Source of the DNA: Octopus sinensis
Taxonomy: Eukaryota
Direction: 5' to 3'
DNA length: 64,000 nucleotides
NCBI RefSeq assembly: GCF_006345805.1
Contig: NC_043006.1
Span: 94,674,001-94,738,000 of the forward strand
The first letter of the stretch is position 1; every line of letters begins with the position of its first letter. A program made the translations under genes and the position numbers. Of the stretch, positions 63,163-64,000 are shown in pieces. The notes beneath the pieces were generated by a model. It searched no databases. It saw only the letters and a program-made list of their open reading frames with translations, and had not been told where the DNA came from.

Positions 63163-63917
63163 ACTATTAAAAAAGGATGAAGTTTTTTTCCCTACAGAAA
63201 AGAATTCCATCAGGAAGTGTAGCAGTATATTAAATTATAAATATCTTATAAGCAAGGACTAAAGAAGATTATTCTAAAGCCAATATACTGATATTCCACA
63301 TTTAATCCGCTTGCTACAGAAAATTGAACTGAAATTCGGGCAACTAACCATTGGAACGTCTAAATTTCGTTATTTCAATATTGAATCAATTTCGGAATTT
63401 ACCACATAAGGGTTCGTTCTTCATCAGTTAGTATATTAAAAGAAGCGTAAAGGTTCTTTTAATATACTGCCACACTTCCTGATGGAATTCTTTTCTGTAA
63501 AGAAAAAAACTTAAACCTTTTTTAATAGTAGTAAACTCATTACTGCTTGCTACAGGGGACTTGTAACCACTACAATATGTATCGGCGGAAAGTCAACATG
63601 TTGTCCTGAGACTGACATAAGAATTTTTATTTTTAGATATAATTGAGTTACTTAGATGTACTTGTGTTATTCGCTTCGGCTGTTCCAATAGGCGCATGTA
63701 AGTACCCTAATTATATTCTCTCGTAAGTTCAACTGATGAAGAACGAACCCTTATGTGGTTAATTCCGAAATTGATTCAATATTGAAATAACGAAATTTAG
63801 ACGTTCCAATGATTAGTTGCCCGAATTTCAGTTCAATTTTCTGTAGCAAGCGGATTAAATGTGGAATATCAGTATATTGGCTTTAGAATAATCTTCTTTA
63901 GCCCTGCTATAAGATAT
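63163..63917. mobile_element. Non-coding HHR-bearing element with nested inverted duplications
   Basis: 63163-63232 is inverted at 63457-63530, and 63242-63428 is inverted at 63731-63917. A 15-bp snap-back hairpin lies at the 63430-63468 junction. Confidence 0.85.
63728..63786 (+). ncRNA. Type I hammerhead ribozyme motif
   Basis: TTCAA-CTGATGA-AGAA..AACC..GGTT..TTCC-GAAATTGA-T-TCAATA-TTGAA. Helix I 5 bp, helix III 5 bp near-palindromic, AUA triplet, A.C mismatch at the base of helix II. An inverted copy with truncated helix I lies at 63374-63430. Confidence 0.75.
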
Positions 63918-63930
63918 ATATATAATATAT

Positions 63931-63962
<32 letters not shown>

Positions 63963-63966
63963 ATAT

Positions 63967-64000
<34 letters not shown>

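Overview
This is a 64-kb, very AT-rich eukaryotic non-coding window, saturated with (TA)n, (CA)n, (TCTA)n, (TATG)n and trinucleotide microsatellites. The SINE and repeat content suggests a cephalopod, probably Octopus; that is an inference from remembered repeat families, not a search. No host protein-coding gene can be supported, and almost all listed ORFs are microsatellite artefacts. The real content is transposable-element debris. It includes two decayed mariner copies with TIRs and TA TSDs, and several Penelope-like element (PLE) insertions: a complex inverted/tandem RT + GIY-YIG locus at 34.2-36.8 kb, a sister copy at 18.5 kb, and other RT and endonuclease fragments. There are also CR1-clade, Tx1/L1-clade and R4/Dong-type LINE fragments, many tRNA-derived SINEs and a hAT MITE. 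The most striking signal is a swarm of type I hammerhead ribozyme (HHR) motifs of several unrelated sequence families, most with a palindromic mini helix III. One family sits in a unit that fuses a tRNA-like Pol III promoter cassette to a hammerhead. Also notable are (TA)n-centred inverted duplications, one resembling a re-integrated small circle, and a 3' stem-loop shared by a CR1 LINE and SINEs with compensatory changes. All structures were read by eye; none has been computed or searched.
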